A stretch of 64,000 nt of DNA, taken from assembly GCF_006345805.1 (NCBI RefSeq), contig NC_043005.1:106454001-106518000 (forward strand). The letters are read 5' to 3'. The position numbers and the translations under genes are program-made. Each line of letters opens with the position of its first letter. Within the stretch, counting starts at the first letter, position 1. Shown in pieces: positions 41,662 through 55,529 of the stretch. Source of the stretch: Octopus sinensis. Its lineage: Eukaryota. The notes beneath the pieces were generated by a model. That model searched no databases. It saw only the letters and a list, made by a program, of their open reading frames with translations, and had not been told where the DNA came from.

Positions 41662-41825
41662 CAACATCGAAGAATACCTGAGGAATGAGAACCCAGGTTC
41701 GAAATTTCCCCAAGACACCGATGTAGGCTGGAGGGTATATCAGCCGAAACGTTGTGTTAACAACAAACAAGATGAGGACAAATATCCGTCGAATGTAAAT
41801 AATGTAGATATATATAGATATGCAT

Positions 41826-41874
<49 letters not shown>

Positions 41875-41920
41875 GGAATATGTGCTCACATAAGTGTCAA
41901 GGGGGTACGGACGCTGCCAA

Positions 41921-42210
41921 ATATATTATTATTATATGTAGAAAAATACAAACTGGGACAAGAACGCAAAACACTTAGAAGACGATACAAAATATACGGA
42001 CGGGACATTCGAAGCCCTCATTCATCAGTCAAGAACCGGATCATCGTAGCAATTTCGGCTGATTAATCAGCCGAAATTGCTACGATGATCCGGCTCTTGA
42101 CTGAAGATTGAAGGCTTCGAATTTCCCGTCCGTGTTTTTTGTATCGTCTTCTAAGTGTTTTGCGTTCTTGTCCCAGTTTGTATTTTTCTACATATATAAT
42201 AATAATAATA
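41921..42210. repeat. Spacer-less palindrome P2 of family X (~140-bp arms)
   Basis: Centre is gatt|aatc at 42064/42065. The arms are reverse complements with a few mismatches. Confidence 0.95.
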
Positions 42211-42543
42211 TATATATATATATATTATATATATATATATAAAACAAAATAGGGGGTAAATTCCACGCAGGAAAAAGTATAGGCAAATTTGTTGTTGAAA
42301 ATGCAGCAAAATTTGAAAAACTTGTAATTTTTTTTAAATGAATTTATTTACACATATACCAAACTAGTATCGACAATATTAGTTGTTTATTAATGGTAAA
42401 CATTTAGAATTATAAATTAGAAAAGCATGTTTAAAAGTTTCAATGTTGACAAGTTTAAAGGTTCATAACAGACAATAATATAAAAACCTGTTAATCAACT
42501 TGTTTAAATATACAAAATACGCACACACACACACACACGCACA

Positions 42544-42574
<31 letters not shown>

Positions 42575-42577
42575 CAT

Positions 42578-42623
<46 letters not shown>

Positions 42624-43097
42624 CACACACACACAAGTCTGTATGGAAAGAGGTAGTTCTTTCCTAGGGATAAATTTTATCCAAGTGTACACCAGTTTAG
42701 CACTACATCGATTAACGATATTGGAAATTCTATATGTGTATATTTACTAGTGTTTATCGTTGGGTCTTCTTCGTTATTAGTATCTTACACCTCTGAAATT
42801 CCAGGTTTCCATCGTTTTCGATACAGGAGGAGAAAATTTTTTAATGCAACATTTCAATTGGAATAAACTCACCATCCGATAGAAAGTGAAAAATTTTAGT
42901 TTTATACTCTTTTCAACTTAATAAAGCACATTGGATGTATAAATATGGATGGGAGAAATCAACCGAAACGCCGCGTAGGCAATATGAATGGATTATGATA
43001 GTAAATAAATTGATCATCCTATGTATGCATTCTCCATTTACTTTAAATATGTGTGTGGATGGGAGAAGGATAAAAAGAATAAAAGAATATATATGTG

Positions 43098-43132
<35 letters not shown>

Positions 43133-43189
43133 ATTTATGGATAGATAGACAGACAGGCAGACAGACAGATAGATAGATAGGTAGATCAT

Positions 43190-43410
43190 GAGGTGATGCA
43201 TGGCCCAGTGGTTACAGTGTTGAATTGGACCGGGCGATGCTTTGTTTTCTTAAGCAAAACACTTCATTTCACGTTGTTCCTGTTCATTCAACTATCAAAA
43301 GTGAGTAACCCTGCAACGAGCTGGCGTCCTGTCCAGGAGGTAATATACATGAGCCGCAGAAATCAGGAAACCGGTACAATGAGTCTATACGACTTGAGTA
43401 GGAATCGCTA
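43190..43410 (+). mobile_element. Diverged family A-related SINE
   Basis: A box TGGCCCAGTGG. Body matches 11070-11250. Confidence 0.65.
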
Positions 43411-43844
43411 TCCTTTATATTTATCCTATACATATATATATGCATAACCAAACTATATAAAAAGCAACGTGTATATAATAAAATGCTTATAAACATCTAC
43501 GTATGCGTGTGTATATAAAAGTGTGTGTGTGCATGTATATATGCATCTGTGTGTCTGTCTGTATACGTACGTGTGTTTGTGTGTGTGTATTCTTGTGTGT
43601 TTTATTCGGGTATTAACCATATCATAGGCTCCAAATATATTTGTGTGTAGTTATACATACATATATACATGTGTATATACGCATCAATATTTATCTGCGT
43701 ATATAGAAACATACACATACATACACACTTCCATACTAACCTACATACACACACATCTACACACAGACAGATATTTGTATTATCTGATTCTCTAATTATT
43801 GTCTCATTTATTTCTTAACAGATTCTTAGACAAATATTCTCTTG

Positions 43845-43875
43845 TTGTTGTCATCGTCGTTGCCATTGTTGCTGT

Positions 43876-43909
<34 letters not shown>

Positions 43910-44156
43910 GTTGCTGTTGTTGTTGCTGTTGTTGTTGTTGTTGTTGTTCTTCTTCTTCTTCTTCTTCTTCTACTTCTTCTTCTTCTCAATCTTCTTCTTC
44001 TTCTTCGTCTCCTCCTCCTTCTCCTTCTTCTTCTTTTTCTTCTTCTTCTTCTCCTCCTCCTCCTCCTCCTCCTCCTCCTTCTTCTTCTTCTTCTTCTTCT
44101 TCTTCTTCTTCTTCTTCTTCTTCTTCTTCTTCTTCTTCTTCTTCTTCTTCTTCTTC
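43845..44156. repeat. (GTT)n-(CTT)n microsatellite
   Basis: Seen directly in the sequence. Confidence 0.95.
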
Positions 44157-44330
44157 GTCACTCTTTTCCTTTCTTTTATTTCTTTTGGTTTTTCCCTTTT
44201 TTTTCTTTTTTAAAGACAGAAATCAAGAAATGATTATTTTATTTTTCTATTTCTGTTCGTTGAGCTATTCTCTTCTTAGTCTTAACAAAAATAACAAGAG
44301 TGACAACAACAACAACAACAACAACATACC

Positions 44331-44361
<31 letters not shown>

Positions 44362-45163
44362 CAAGAATTACAAGAGCAGCCAAAAAGAAAAAAACAACAT
44401 AGATATAAATTGAAAATGAAAAAAAAAACCCCAGAAAACTAAAATAAATAATCCTCTTGAAAATCAGCGTGGCAAAGTATTATAGTTTTACAGGAAGATG
44501 TAAATCAATTGGGAAGACAGTTATTAAACAGAATGTAATTTCAATCAATTTTGTTTTTCTACATTTGATTTACAATAAAGTAGATATATTTAATTGTTTT
44601 TCTACAATGTTATTTCATTCATTCTTTCATTTATTTATTCCTTCCATCGTTTATTCATTTATTCATTTTGTATTTATTTAGTATTTTAGTCATTTATTCT
44701 TCTGTTCACTTATCCTTTCTCATTCGAACATTTATATATATATACAATTATTCAATCATTCAGTCAAACGTTTATTCGTTTAACCATTCCTCCAATCATT
44801 CGTTCATTCAGCCATTCATATATGAAGAGCAAATTTCACTAAAATATTTTCATTATAATGATGGTCCCGAGGGTGATGGATTAGTCGCATCATTAGAGTA
44901 TCGGGGAAAACAAAAAACATTTTGCGGCATTTATACCAACGTTCTCAGTTCGAAATTGTCCAAAGCCAACTTAGCATTTCATTCCTTCGGGATCGATAAA
45001 ATGAAGTAACAGTAAAGTTCTGGGAATAGATATACTAGGCTGATCCTTCGAAAAATCCTAAACTTTTGCCTTAATTAGAAACAGATGTAATAATGACTCT
45101 ACCGCTTTTGCGCAAATCCCTTATAACGGAGTCTGCTCATTATAGAGTGAGAGGGGATGAGGA

Positions 45164-45206
<43 letters not shown>

Positions 45207-46121
45207 AGAGGGGATAGTGTGCGCTTACAGTATGGTGTGTTATAAAAAACAATATTGTGTTAGGGAGGACAAAACGTATCCCGTTTATTATATTGAGGTA
45301 TATTTTATTAAATCACTATTTGTTGAATCATAGTTCCTGGTAGAATAAATACATAATACAATATCGGTGAGGTTTGAAATCAGAATATATTACGCTGCGG
45401 CTAAATACTTTGAAATATTTAGTCCAGTAACTCTATTACTAACCAAGTTATCAGACCTATGTCGAACACCTCGTGGAGTGTAAATTGCACCATCGAAATT
45501 ATCTTGTCACTTAACAGGGAACGCATCAAAAATAAAATCATGTATTAAGCTATTATCCAGAGACGGTATTATATATTTTCAAGAAAATAAATTTTAGAGA
45601 AGGTATTTATATGTCTTCTTGAGAATGAAAAAAACCAGCCTATTTCACTTCTCTCATTAATTGCATGTAGAAACTGAAGACCGTATCAAACAATAATAAA
45701 TCCATAAGATGGTCAAAGTTGAATACGCAAAGCTTTACTTTAGCAGTTAGGCGACTTTTGCTTGTCTTAGGCGTATAATATGTCCTGCATTGTTCAACAA
45801 AGACAAGAGGTAATTGTGAAGTGTAGGCATAAGAAGGAATGTTTGTTACAGACGGGATAGAATTCCAATACACACAAACAATAATTATCTTATCAATTTC
45901 ATGCAAGCAACTGAAATAGTACTGTACTCTAATCCCGTTCCAATCTCCTAAAAGGAACTGCAAAAGTAAAAAATACTCTGAGTAGTGAATGATCGAAAAT
46001 TTCATGCTACTTGAAAGGAAGAATATACTTATACATACACACACATACACGTGTGTGTCCATCTATCTATCTATCTATCTATCTATAGCCCTGTGTGGAT
46101 AATAAAGAAACATATCTATCT

Positions 46122-46195
<74 letters not shown>

Positions 46196-46241
46196 CATCC
46201 ATCCATCCGTCCGTCCGTCTCTCTGTCTGTCTGTCTGTCTG

Positions 46242-46319
<78 letters not shown>

Positions 46320-46323
46320 GGAA

Positions 46324-46680
46324 TGGAAGCACTTCGTCGGTTACGACGACGAGGGTTCCGGTTGATCCGAATCAATGGAACAGCCTGCTCGTGAAATTAA
46401 CGTGTAAGTGGCTGAGCACTCCACAGACATGTGTACCCTTAACGTAGTTCTCGGGTATATTCAGCGTGACACAGAGAGTGACAAGGCCGGCCCTCTGAAA
46501 TATAGGTACAACAAATACAAGAAGTAAGAGTGAGAGAAAGTTGTGGTGAAAGAGTACAGCAGGGATCACCACCATCCCCTGCCGGAGCCTCGTGGAGCTT
46601 TAGGTGTTTTCGCTCAATAAACACTCACAACGCCCGGTCTGGGAATCGAAACCGCGATCCTATGACCGCGAGTCCGCTGC
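46324..46680 (-). mobile_element. SINE family A
   Basis: Reverse complement matches 1110-1300 (tail) and 1775-1930 (head and body). Confidence 0.9.
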
Positions 46681-46852
46681 CATATATATATATGTATAAA
46701 GAGGGACAGAGATACACACACACACACACATACACACACGCAAATACACACGCATATACAAAAATAAATACACACATATAGACATATTTATACATCAGTT
46801 TATAGATTGTATATATTGTTTTCGGGATAGGCAAATGTGGAAATGGATGAAT

Positions 46853-46895
<43 letters not shown>

Positions 46896-47859
46896 TATGC
46901 ACACACACACACATATTTGTTGTGTTGAGATTTTGTTGGTGGTGAGCAAACGTGTGTGTCTGATAATTATGTGTGAGTGCGTGTATTTGTGTATGTACGT
47001 AATTCTCTGTATACTTATACGTACACATATGTAATCATTTGTTTTGAATACATATTTATATCCAGCCACAAATGGGAGTGCAAATTTCTTTTACTACACT
47101 CTACTCACCACCTATATAAATAGACTGACTGGGACCAATGATTTCCAGTAGATTAGGGGGCCAATAATAATTTTTTTTATTATTTAAAGTTGTTATTCTT
47201 GCAATTGTTGTAATATTAGTTGTTGTTATTGCTGTTATTTTTTTTAATGAGGACATTATGATCATACATTAAGGAAAGAAATGGCCCAGACTGAAGAATT
47301 AATCATTTGTTTTTTTAAGAAAAGTAAAAACAAACAAAAACAAAACTAAAATTAAACAAAACGCTCCACCTAAAAAAGTAAAAAAAAAATAGAAAAAATA
47401 TGAAGAAAAAATATATACGAAACCACAAATATTAGGAGAATGAAATGAAGCCAGAATATAAAAAGTGAAAGGTTTTTTTTTTTAACGTAGGATAAAAATG
47501 GAGAAAAAAAATATTAATATATAAAAGAAAGCCCAGATTTAAAGAATGTGGAACATCTCATGAAGTTGTTAGTTACGATGGTGCTGTGAGCTATATTACG
47601 GTTTTGAACTTAAAATGGCGGTGTCAGGGATTCCTGATTTGCTTTGATATTGCCTAGAACAACGTTAGCCTAGCATGAAGATGGAATGGGTGATAAAATT
47701 TGTTTATGTAAACCCAACTAAAATTATGACAGTCAGTTCATCCAACCTAAACTTTTATTTCTAGAAAATTCATTTCACCTACTTTATCTTTTCTTTTCCT
47801 GCTCTTTTCTTGTTTTTGATGTTGTTGTTGTTGTTGCATTAATTTGTTCTGCTCTCTCT

Positions 47860-47908
<49 letters not shown>

Positions 47909-50093
47909 GCATACAAGTTCACGTGTATGCTTTATGAATGTGTGTATGTGTGTGTATAAGTATAATATATATATAATATCATTTTGTGGTGGAGTTGTGT
48001 GTGGTCCATACAATAACGTGTGAACCAAAGAGTTGTTGGTTCACATCCCGTCACCAGCGTTCTGTACAGCGTTCCCAGTCAGATCATTTAACGCCGTCTG
48101 GCTCAGTTTGTGCGCATGATAATAGCAATCGTAGTTATTGATGATGGTGCTATTGTTGTTGTTGTTGTTGTTGTTGCTGTTGATGTGTAACCCCCGGCCA
48201 ATGCTGATTGAGCAGACATATAGTCAAAGATGTTCCGACCATAGTATAGACGTTTTTCTATACGTAGGGAAAACGGACATTATCAAACATGATCTTTCAA
48301 AAGACAGTTGTATGAGTGTATGTTATTTGTGTGTAAATTAAGGAAACATTTTTATTAGTGTTTCTAGCAAATCAAGAGACCTCGTAGAGGCTCACTCGAT
48401 AGTTGGTCATATATTATGAAGCATATTGGTGTAAAAGAGCAGCAATGTTGTAGAATTGTTAAACTAGTTTGATAACTGAGTTTATAAACTCACACTGTAT
48501 TTAATACTATTTGGGGGTAGCTATACGTACATTAAGTCTTTAAGTGCTCCTTTCTCAACTCATCATTGTCATCATAACGCCACCGCTGTCCTCCTTATCA
48601 TCATCATCGACGACAACAACAGCAATAACAACAACAACAATAACAATAATAATAATAACAACGACGACAATAACCGTAACAATACGATGTCACCATTATT
48701 TTCTTAAGTTCGCTTCTGCTTTTCAAACATTATTATTTCTGGCTCCTAGTGTTGCTCTCGTTGTTGTTGAGGATGGATTTTAGGCCGAAATCAAGGTTAA
48801 TAGATCAACTTAAAGTCACAGATGACCCATCTGCAAATATTCCGTCTTTTCTCCCATCACAGATCACACTCATTGATCTCTTTATGATTAAGAGAATGTT
48901 GAGTGGTTTGAGGGAAAATGACAGCTATTTTTAACTGCTTAAGTAACCCTGTAGGAGCAGAATACAATAATCTTCGTGATGTATCACATGGTAGTTGGGG
49001 TGATATTCCTTTTAAGGCATATGTCCAGTCTGTTAAGACGACTACAGCAAATTGAATACAAATGATATCTCATTGGTATTATTGTTTAAATAAGTTTACC
49101 TTTTTTTACTTGATAGGTGGAAAGGCAGTGCTTAGAATTCTCTTCAGAGCTGCTGACAATGGAAGAAGAACTGGAGGATATTTATTATTCTTGAATGCTT
49201 GCAACAGTGTGGGTCTCTCAGAAGGATCCCAAGGGCTATATTATGGTGTTGAAGTGGGTTCTGGAGTAAACAATAACCAGGTAATGAGAGCGGTCCTTTT
49301 GACAAGTGTTCATACTTTTTTATCAAACACTTTTTTCAACTAAAAAGACTGTGATTGAACTGAGGCCCTGGTGGGAGACCGTTGCCTAAAGTGCCAGCAG
49401 GCAATGTTGCTGAAGCGAAAACCACGTTGCTGCCAAGCAAACTTCTTACATGGGATTTCTGGACTGAAGCTCTGTTGGAAATTACTTTACTCCAATGATG
49501 AAATTAGTTCGGGACGTCTAGATGCTCATCAGTTCACTATAGGAATTTTACTAAATTAATAAAAGTCCTTAAATGATGTTGCTGATGCTAACGGCTTATA
49601 TACACTTTATCCGTCCGCATTGAGAGTTCAAAATCTTGCCAAAATTATTATATCGCTTTTATGTCATCAAGGTTAATGCAACATTAAGAAGCAGGCGAGC
49701 TACTATGAGATTGCTTGACACTCAAAGCAGCAGCTAAACTTTCCTGAAATCATACTATATTGCTTTTAAAAAGAGAGGTCACATTGAATAATAGAGAAAT
49801 AGAGATGGTCATAGCTGGAACTACTTTGATCACAGGTTTGTTTGATCGGAGCTTAGAGGGTACTAAACAATAACAAATAAGAATAGACATATGGATGAAT
49901 GACTCAAATAGAATAAAACTGCCGACAATAAAACAGTGGCCTTCAATCAGTGCGAGAAATAAACATATTTAAAGAGAAGGACTTAGAAAAAGAGTAAAAT
50001 TGTGGAAAGAGGCGAGAATTTACTGAGAGAATTATAGAAACGGAAGAGATGTAGAGTGAACGAGGGCGTGATTGAGAGTGAGGAAGTGAAACG

Positions 50094-50141
<48 letters not shown>

Positions 50142-50638
50142 GATGGAAAGAGTGAGTGAATATAAAGTGAAATCATTTTGTATATCTGAAATTTGTATTG
50201 ATTTTTTGTTTGTTGTTATTAAATGATTTTATTAAATGCAACAACAAACTCAACTAAAAGTATAGGAAAAACAACAACAGCAATAATGAAAAGAATAATA
50301 GCAATAACTGTAATTGACTACATCAATAACAGTTGAAATTGTTTGATATTGTTAGCTGCGATTAAGTTTTCTCTTAAACAAAATTTTATTTCAAAGGAAG
50401 AGGCAATTAGACGAAGGTGGAGAGTAAGAGTAAAGAGAAAGAGATTAATAGAAATAGAGAGAGAGAGAGAGAGTAAGGGAGAGAAGGGAGAGTGAATGAG
50501 ATAGAGACAGAGTAAAGGAGAGAGGGGAGCAAAGCGAGGGATCAGTAGTGAATAATTATTTTTCAAAAGAAGAAGCAATTAAAAAAGAGAGGAAATACAC
50601 GGTAAGGGAGAAGGAGAAAAACAGAGAAAGAGAGTGAG

Positions 50639-50682
<44 letters not shown>

Positions 50683-50873
50683 TGTGGGTGGAGAAGAAGA
50701 GAAAGAGAGTGTATGAGACAGTGAGAAGAGGACTATTCCTTCCCTCTCTTTCCTACGAATTCGTCATTTCCATCCTTCTTTGGTGAATGTAATAAATACC
50801 AAGCATGTGCCTGAGGAATACCAGCTCATGATACTCCATGCTTGCGTATATGTCAATACCGGAAGAAAATTAG

Positions 50874-51429
50874 GGCGGCGAGCTGGCAGAACCGTTAGCA
50901 CACCGGGTGAAATGCTTAGCGTTATTTCGTCTGCCGTTACGTTCTGAGTTCAAATTCCGTCGAGGTCGACTTTGCCTTTCATCTTTTCGGAGTCGATTAA
51001 ATAAGTACCAGTTACGCACTGGAGTCGATATAATCGACTTAATCCGTTTGTCTGTCAATGTTTGTCCTCTCTGCGATTAACCCCTTGTGGGTAGTAAAGA
51101 AATAGGTATTTCATCTGCCGTTACATTCTGAGTTCAAATTCCGCCGAGGTCGACTTTGCCTTTCATCCTTTCGGGGTCGATTAAATAAGTACGAGTTACG
51201 CACTGGGGTTGATATAATCGACTTAATCCGTTTGTTTGTCCTTGCTGTGTTTAGCCCCTTGTGGGTAGTAAAGAAATAGGTATTTCGTCTGCCGTTACGT
51301 TCTGAGTTCAAATTCCGCCAAGGTAGATTTTGCCTTTCATCCTTTTGGGTTCGATTAAATAAGTACCAGTTATGCGCTGTCCTTGATTGTCCCCTCTATG
51401 TTTAGCACCCTCTGGGCAATAAAGAAATA
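50874..51429 (+). mobile_element. SINE family C tandem trimer with a single TSD
   Basis: Three units, flanked by aataccggaagaaaatt (50855-71) and aataccggaaaaaatt (51430-45). Confidence 0.9.
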
Positions 51430-51481
51430 AATACCGGAAAAAATTTTTAAAGGGAGTTTGTTTAAGAGATACTTTTACAAG

Positions 51482-52400
51482 TACGAGGGGATACCCAAAA
51501 GGAACCGTAATTTTGCAATGTTATTTTTTCACTTAGTTTTACATGTTTACTCTTTTATCACTTTCAAAGTATTCTCCATTTGAAGCAATGCATCAGACCA
51601 GACGCATTTTCCACTCTTCGTATCAGTGCAAACTGATGCCTTTTAACGCCCCCGTCGTTCTTCTCTTTACCACTTCCGCATCTGCAAATTCCATAGACCC
51701 AGCTTTCATTACCAGTGATGACCTTCGGAAAAAGGTCCGGATCAACTTCCAACTGTTCTTTCAGTTCACAACACGCATTCACTCGTGACCTCTTTTGATC
51801 TTCTGTGAGCAAGCGAGGCACAAACTTGCAGCAACTCTTTTCATTTGCAATTCCTCGCTCAAAAGTAGTTGGCAGGAGCTCCAGGACACAGCAGTCATAT
51901 CAAACAAGTTTGTCAATTGTTCAGTGACGGTCCTCCAGGATCAGTTCATGAATTATCCTGATGTTTTCATTCATTTGGGAAGTCGATGGTCACCCTGAAC
52001 GAGGTTGGTCATCAAGCGACAACTGACCTTTTCTAAAGCGTGGGAACCACTCGTAAACTTCTGTTTTGCTCATGTCAGCGTCTTTGTAAGTTGTTTGAAG
52101 CATGACAACTGTTTCGGCCGTCGTTTTCCCCAGCAGTAAAACAGAATTTCACAGAAGCACATTCTCTCTTCGTTTCATCCATCGCAAAAATCGACAAACA
52201 GGGAGAAGTAATGCAAAACAAAGACGCAGTACATGACAGTACGTCAGTCCACACCTGATGACGTCAGTCCATATCTGATGACGTCAGTCCGCAGTCTGAT
52301 GCCTGAAGGATGCATAAAGTGGCTTCTGACGGCGGAAGCCTGAACTACAATGGACTTGTCCCACAGAGAACGTTTCCGGTTCCTTTTGGTTAACCCCCAC
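51482..52400 (-). mobile_element. Internally deleted mariner transposon
   Basis: TIRs tacgaggggatacccaaaaggaaccg / cggttccttttggttaaccccc. Transposase remnants LLGKTTAETVVMLQTTYKDADMSKTEVYEWFPRFRKG and PRLLTEDQKRSRV...KVITGNESWVYG. Confidence 0.9.
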
Positions 52401-53983
52401 CCCCATATACCGTGTTATTGCTGTTATTCTTCCTGTTGTTTTCCCAGAGCAACTCTGACAGAGCCGACCTACATTCATTGACGTTACAATCGTGACCACC
52501 CCGTCTTTTAGGTGGGCATTACTACATTTGCATATCTAATAATCCTTTGCTGTATTTATGAGGGTTGAGTGTGAAAATTTGGCTGTTATGTTCAAATAGA
52601 AAAAGCGAGAAGGTGGAGACTCCATCCATGGCTTATATATTTCTGCGGTGGATATTTTAATGGGGTGGGGTTTTAATGCAATGAAAATTTTAATGCGGAT
52701 ATTTTATAGTGGTGAGAAATTTAATGAGATGGCGATTTTAATGTGATGGATATTTGAATATGCTGAGAATTTGAGTGTAATTGGATTTGAATGAAATGTG
52801 GTTATTATCGAAGGCGGTGATTTTAGTGTAGAGGAAAACACTGAAATCATCACTTACTGTTGGTTATATATTATGAATAACATTATGAAACAGAAGCTGT
52901 GACGAAGCTTAGATGAACAGTACTCATTCTCGACCGGTAGATTTTAATGCATCGTTTGGCCTAACACTGCCGTTTAATTCTTGAGCGTCTCTATCATAGC
53001 CCACTACATCTCAAACGTTCGGATCGTCTCCTGTCTTTGACTGTCAAGAGAATATTCCTTTTGTGTCACCACATTTGGAAAAGCTTCAAAAATGTCATGA
53101 ATTCTACCATGAAAAATCCATACGAATGTCATTTTATACCAAAAATTGAATGCAAAACTCAGCAAGGTACGCACGCATGCTTGCACCCCGCCACTCATAC
53201 ACTCTCGCACGCACCTGCGCAAACACAACTATTAGCTAGATTTAAAGAAAGCGGAAGTATTAATAGCTTTCGGATGCTTCCAAAACCGCGAGATTAATTT
53301 CTTAAACTTACTACTTAAACTGTTGAAATTGTAAAACTTCAAGAAAGACGCGTGCAGTGGGAGGTAGAATGCCAGACGAAGGACTGGGTTTAGCAGTCAG
53401 TACAGGCCCTGCAGGATTGTATGCATAATAAGTGAAAGGAGAAAGAGAGATCCGTGAATCGTTAGATTAGAAGAATGTGTGATTTCTTCTACTTGGAGTT
53501 GTGAGAGTCTGCGTAGACGTGATTAGGTCGATCTAAGGAAAAGAAAAAAGACGATAGAGAAGCTATACGTTGTAGGGGTAGACAAGGCATGTGGCTATAA
53601 AAACGAAGATATTAACGATATGTTTAGACTAGGTACAAGTCCATATTTCATAGAGTGGAGTTGAGGTTGTATTTTATACCGACGTATATCACTGGTACAA
53701 ATTTGTCGACTTCACACACATCAAAGGTATATTTAATGGTTACTTCTGTTACAGCATTACAATTGTACAATTATTAAGTACTGTACAATAACAACATTAA
53801 CAACAACGGCAACCATGGGATATTGTTTTTGTGACCAAACTGTTAAAATAGCAACCAAATCTCTCTGAAATCACACAGTTACCGTCTTTACAAGGAGACA
53901 AAACTTTGGATAATGTAGTCATGAATTACGTTTATATATTTGTTTTGCAAGATTTTTGATGCGAAATCGTGTGTTGAAACAGA

Positions 53984-54235
53984 TATTGTTGTATTTAGGA
54001 ATGGTCATTTTGCCCAGTTTAGCCAATAAAAGTAAGGAGAGACACACAAAAAAGAAAGAAGAAAGCAAAGGACCACTGATGAGGTCACAGGAGTGTGACG
54101 AAAGAGCTCTGGCCGAAATAAGATTAAGACTAATGTAAAAAATGAATAACGTTGAAGCAAAGTAACACCAAATATATAGTGCGTGTGTTTTTATTGGCTA
54201 AACTGGCAAAATGACCATTCCGAAATACAACAATA
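53984..54235. repeat. Inverted repeat P5 (~48-bp arms) enclosing a hammerhead motif
   Basis: 53984-54031 matches the reverse complement of 54189-54235. Confidence 0.9.
54070..54114 (+). ncRNA. Minimal type I hammerhead motif
   Basis: Reads ggacca-CTGATGA-g-GTCACA-ggag-TGTGAC-GAAA-G-ag-CTC-tggcc. Stem II is 6 bp and the cleavage triplet is CUC. Confidence 0.75.
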
Positions 54236-55478
54236 ATAATAATAAATGTTGTCCAAAAATAGGCTTAATGAGTACAATATGTTCATTTATATCAGGGTAG
54301 GCGTAAATACAAAACATTACCAACTGGTACGCGATTAATGATAGGATTAACACCAGTTTCAGTGATATTGGTGAGATTTAGCTTTTCTGGAAGAGATGTG
54401 CTCGTCATTGGAAGATTTCAGTATCGTGGGTTTTTGGTGGACAAACACAGTTTTAACGACACGTGGAGATATCTTTTACTGAACATTGAATATTTGAAGT
54501 TTAAAGAATATAAATGGGATAAAAGAAGTATTAAAGTTTAGACACGAATCGATATATCATGTGTTATATGGCAACAGCAAAGCAAATATATCTAAACCAT
54601 TGACAAACCACAGAGAAAGTTGATTTCCCAAGCAATTTACCAATGTAAGTGGTAATGAAGACTGTCTCAACATTGCTTAACAAGAGTAATCAAATGAAAA
54701 CTGCTGTTTCCCCAGTATGATATGGCAATAAACAATAAATACCAATTTCAGATAATCAAGTAGTTTAATATCAATATGCCAATATCTCCATATTCCTCTT
54801 TTGATTCATCATTATTCTAGAAATTCAATATTTCCAATAACCTAATATTTCAATATTGTGCAATGCCCAAAGGTTTCACACCAATAACTCTCCATCAAAC
54901 ACTATATGTGATGAGGACATTTGAACCCGCTCTGGTAGAAAAGTTCATACAACTCCAGTGGTTTGATGCTCAGTCAGCTGTTTCAAACCGTGCAACTGTT
55001 GATGCTCAATACATTTCACAAAATGCGAGCATAAGAATAAAAAAAAGATTAAAAAAAAACAAAATTCAAAAATGCTTATGGCAAAAACCCTGTTAGCAGG
55101 ATGGCTCTGATATGCGCGCGTGTGTATCCATACGTAATTGTATACGTACATATAACTCTCTCTATATATTTCATATATGTAAATGTGAGTGCGCGTGTGT
55201 GTGTATGTGTATGTGTATTTATATGCATACATAAAGGCAAATATACATGTATGAATGCATGTATACATGTAAATTATAATACACACACGCACACACGCAC
55301 ACACATATATATATGAGTGTATATATGTATCTACTAGTTCCTTGTTCGTCAGTCTCTCAGTCTGTATATCTAACTGCCGGTCTGTCTGCTTGTCTGTTTC
55401 TCTCTCTCTCCCTCTCTCTCTCTTTCTCTCTCTATCTATCCATCTACCTGACTGTCTATCTATCTCTATCAATCTCTT

Positions 55479-55529
<51 letters not shown>

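Larger units (their letters stand above)
41226..41815. repeat. Inverted repeat P4: ~155-bp arms around a tRNA-like head and (AAT)n
   Basis: 41226-41380 is the reverse complement of 41662-41815 with scattered mismatches. Confidence 0.92.

Noticed and set aside
52232-52295. Three ~20-bp repeats (gacgtcagtcc...ctgat) suggestive of a CRISPR-like array
   Set aside because: These are tandem units without unique spacers inside a mariner element in eukaryotic DNA, i.e. a simple minisatellite.
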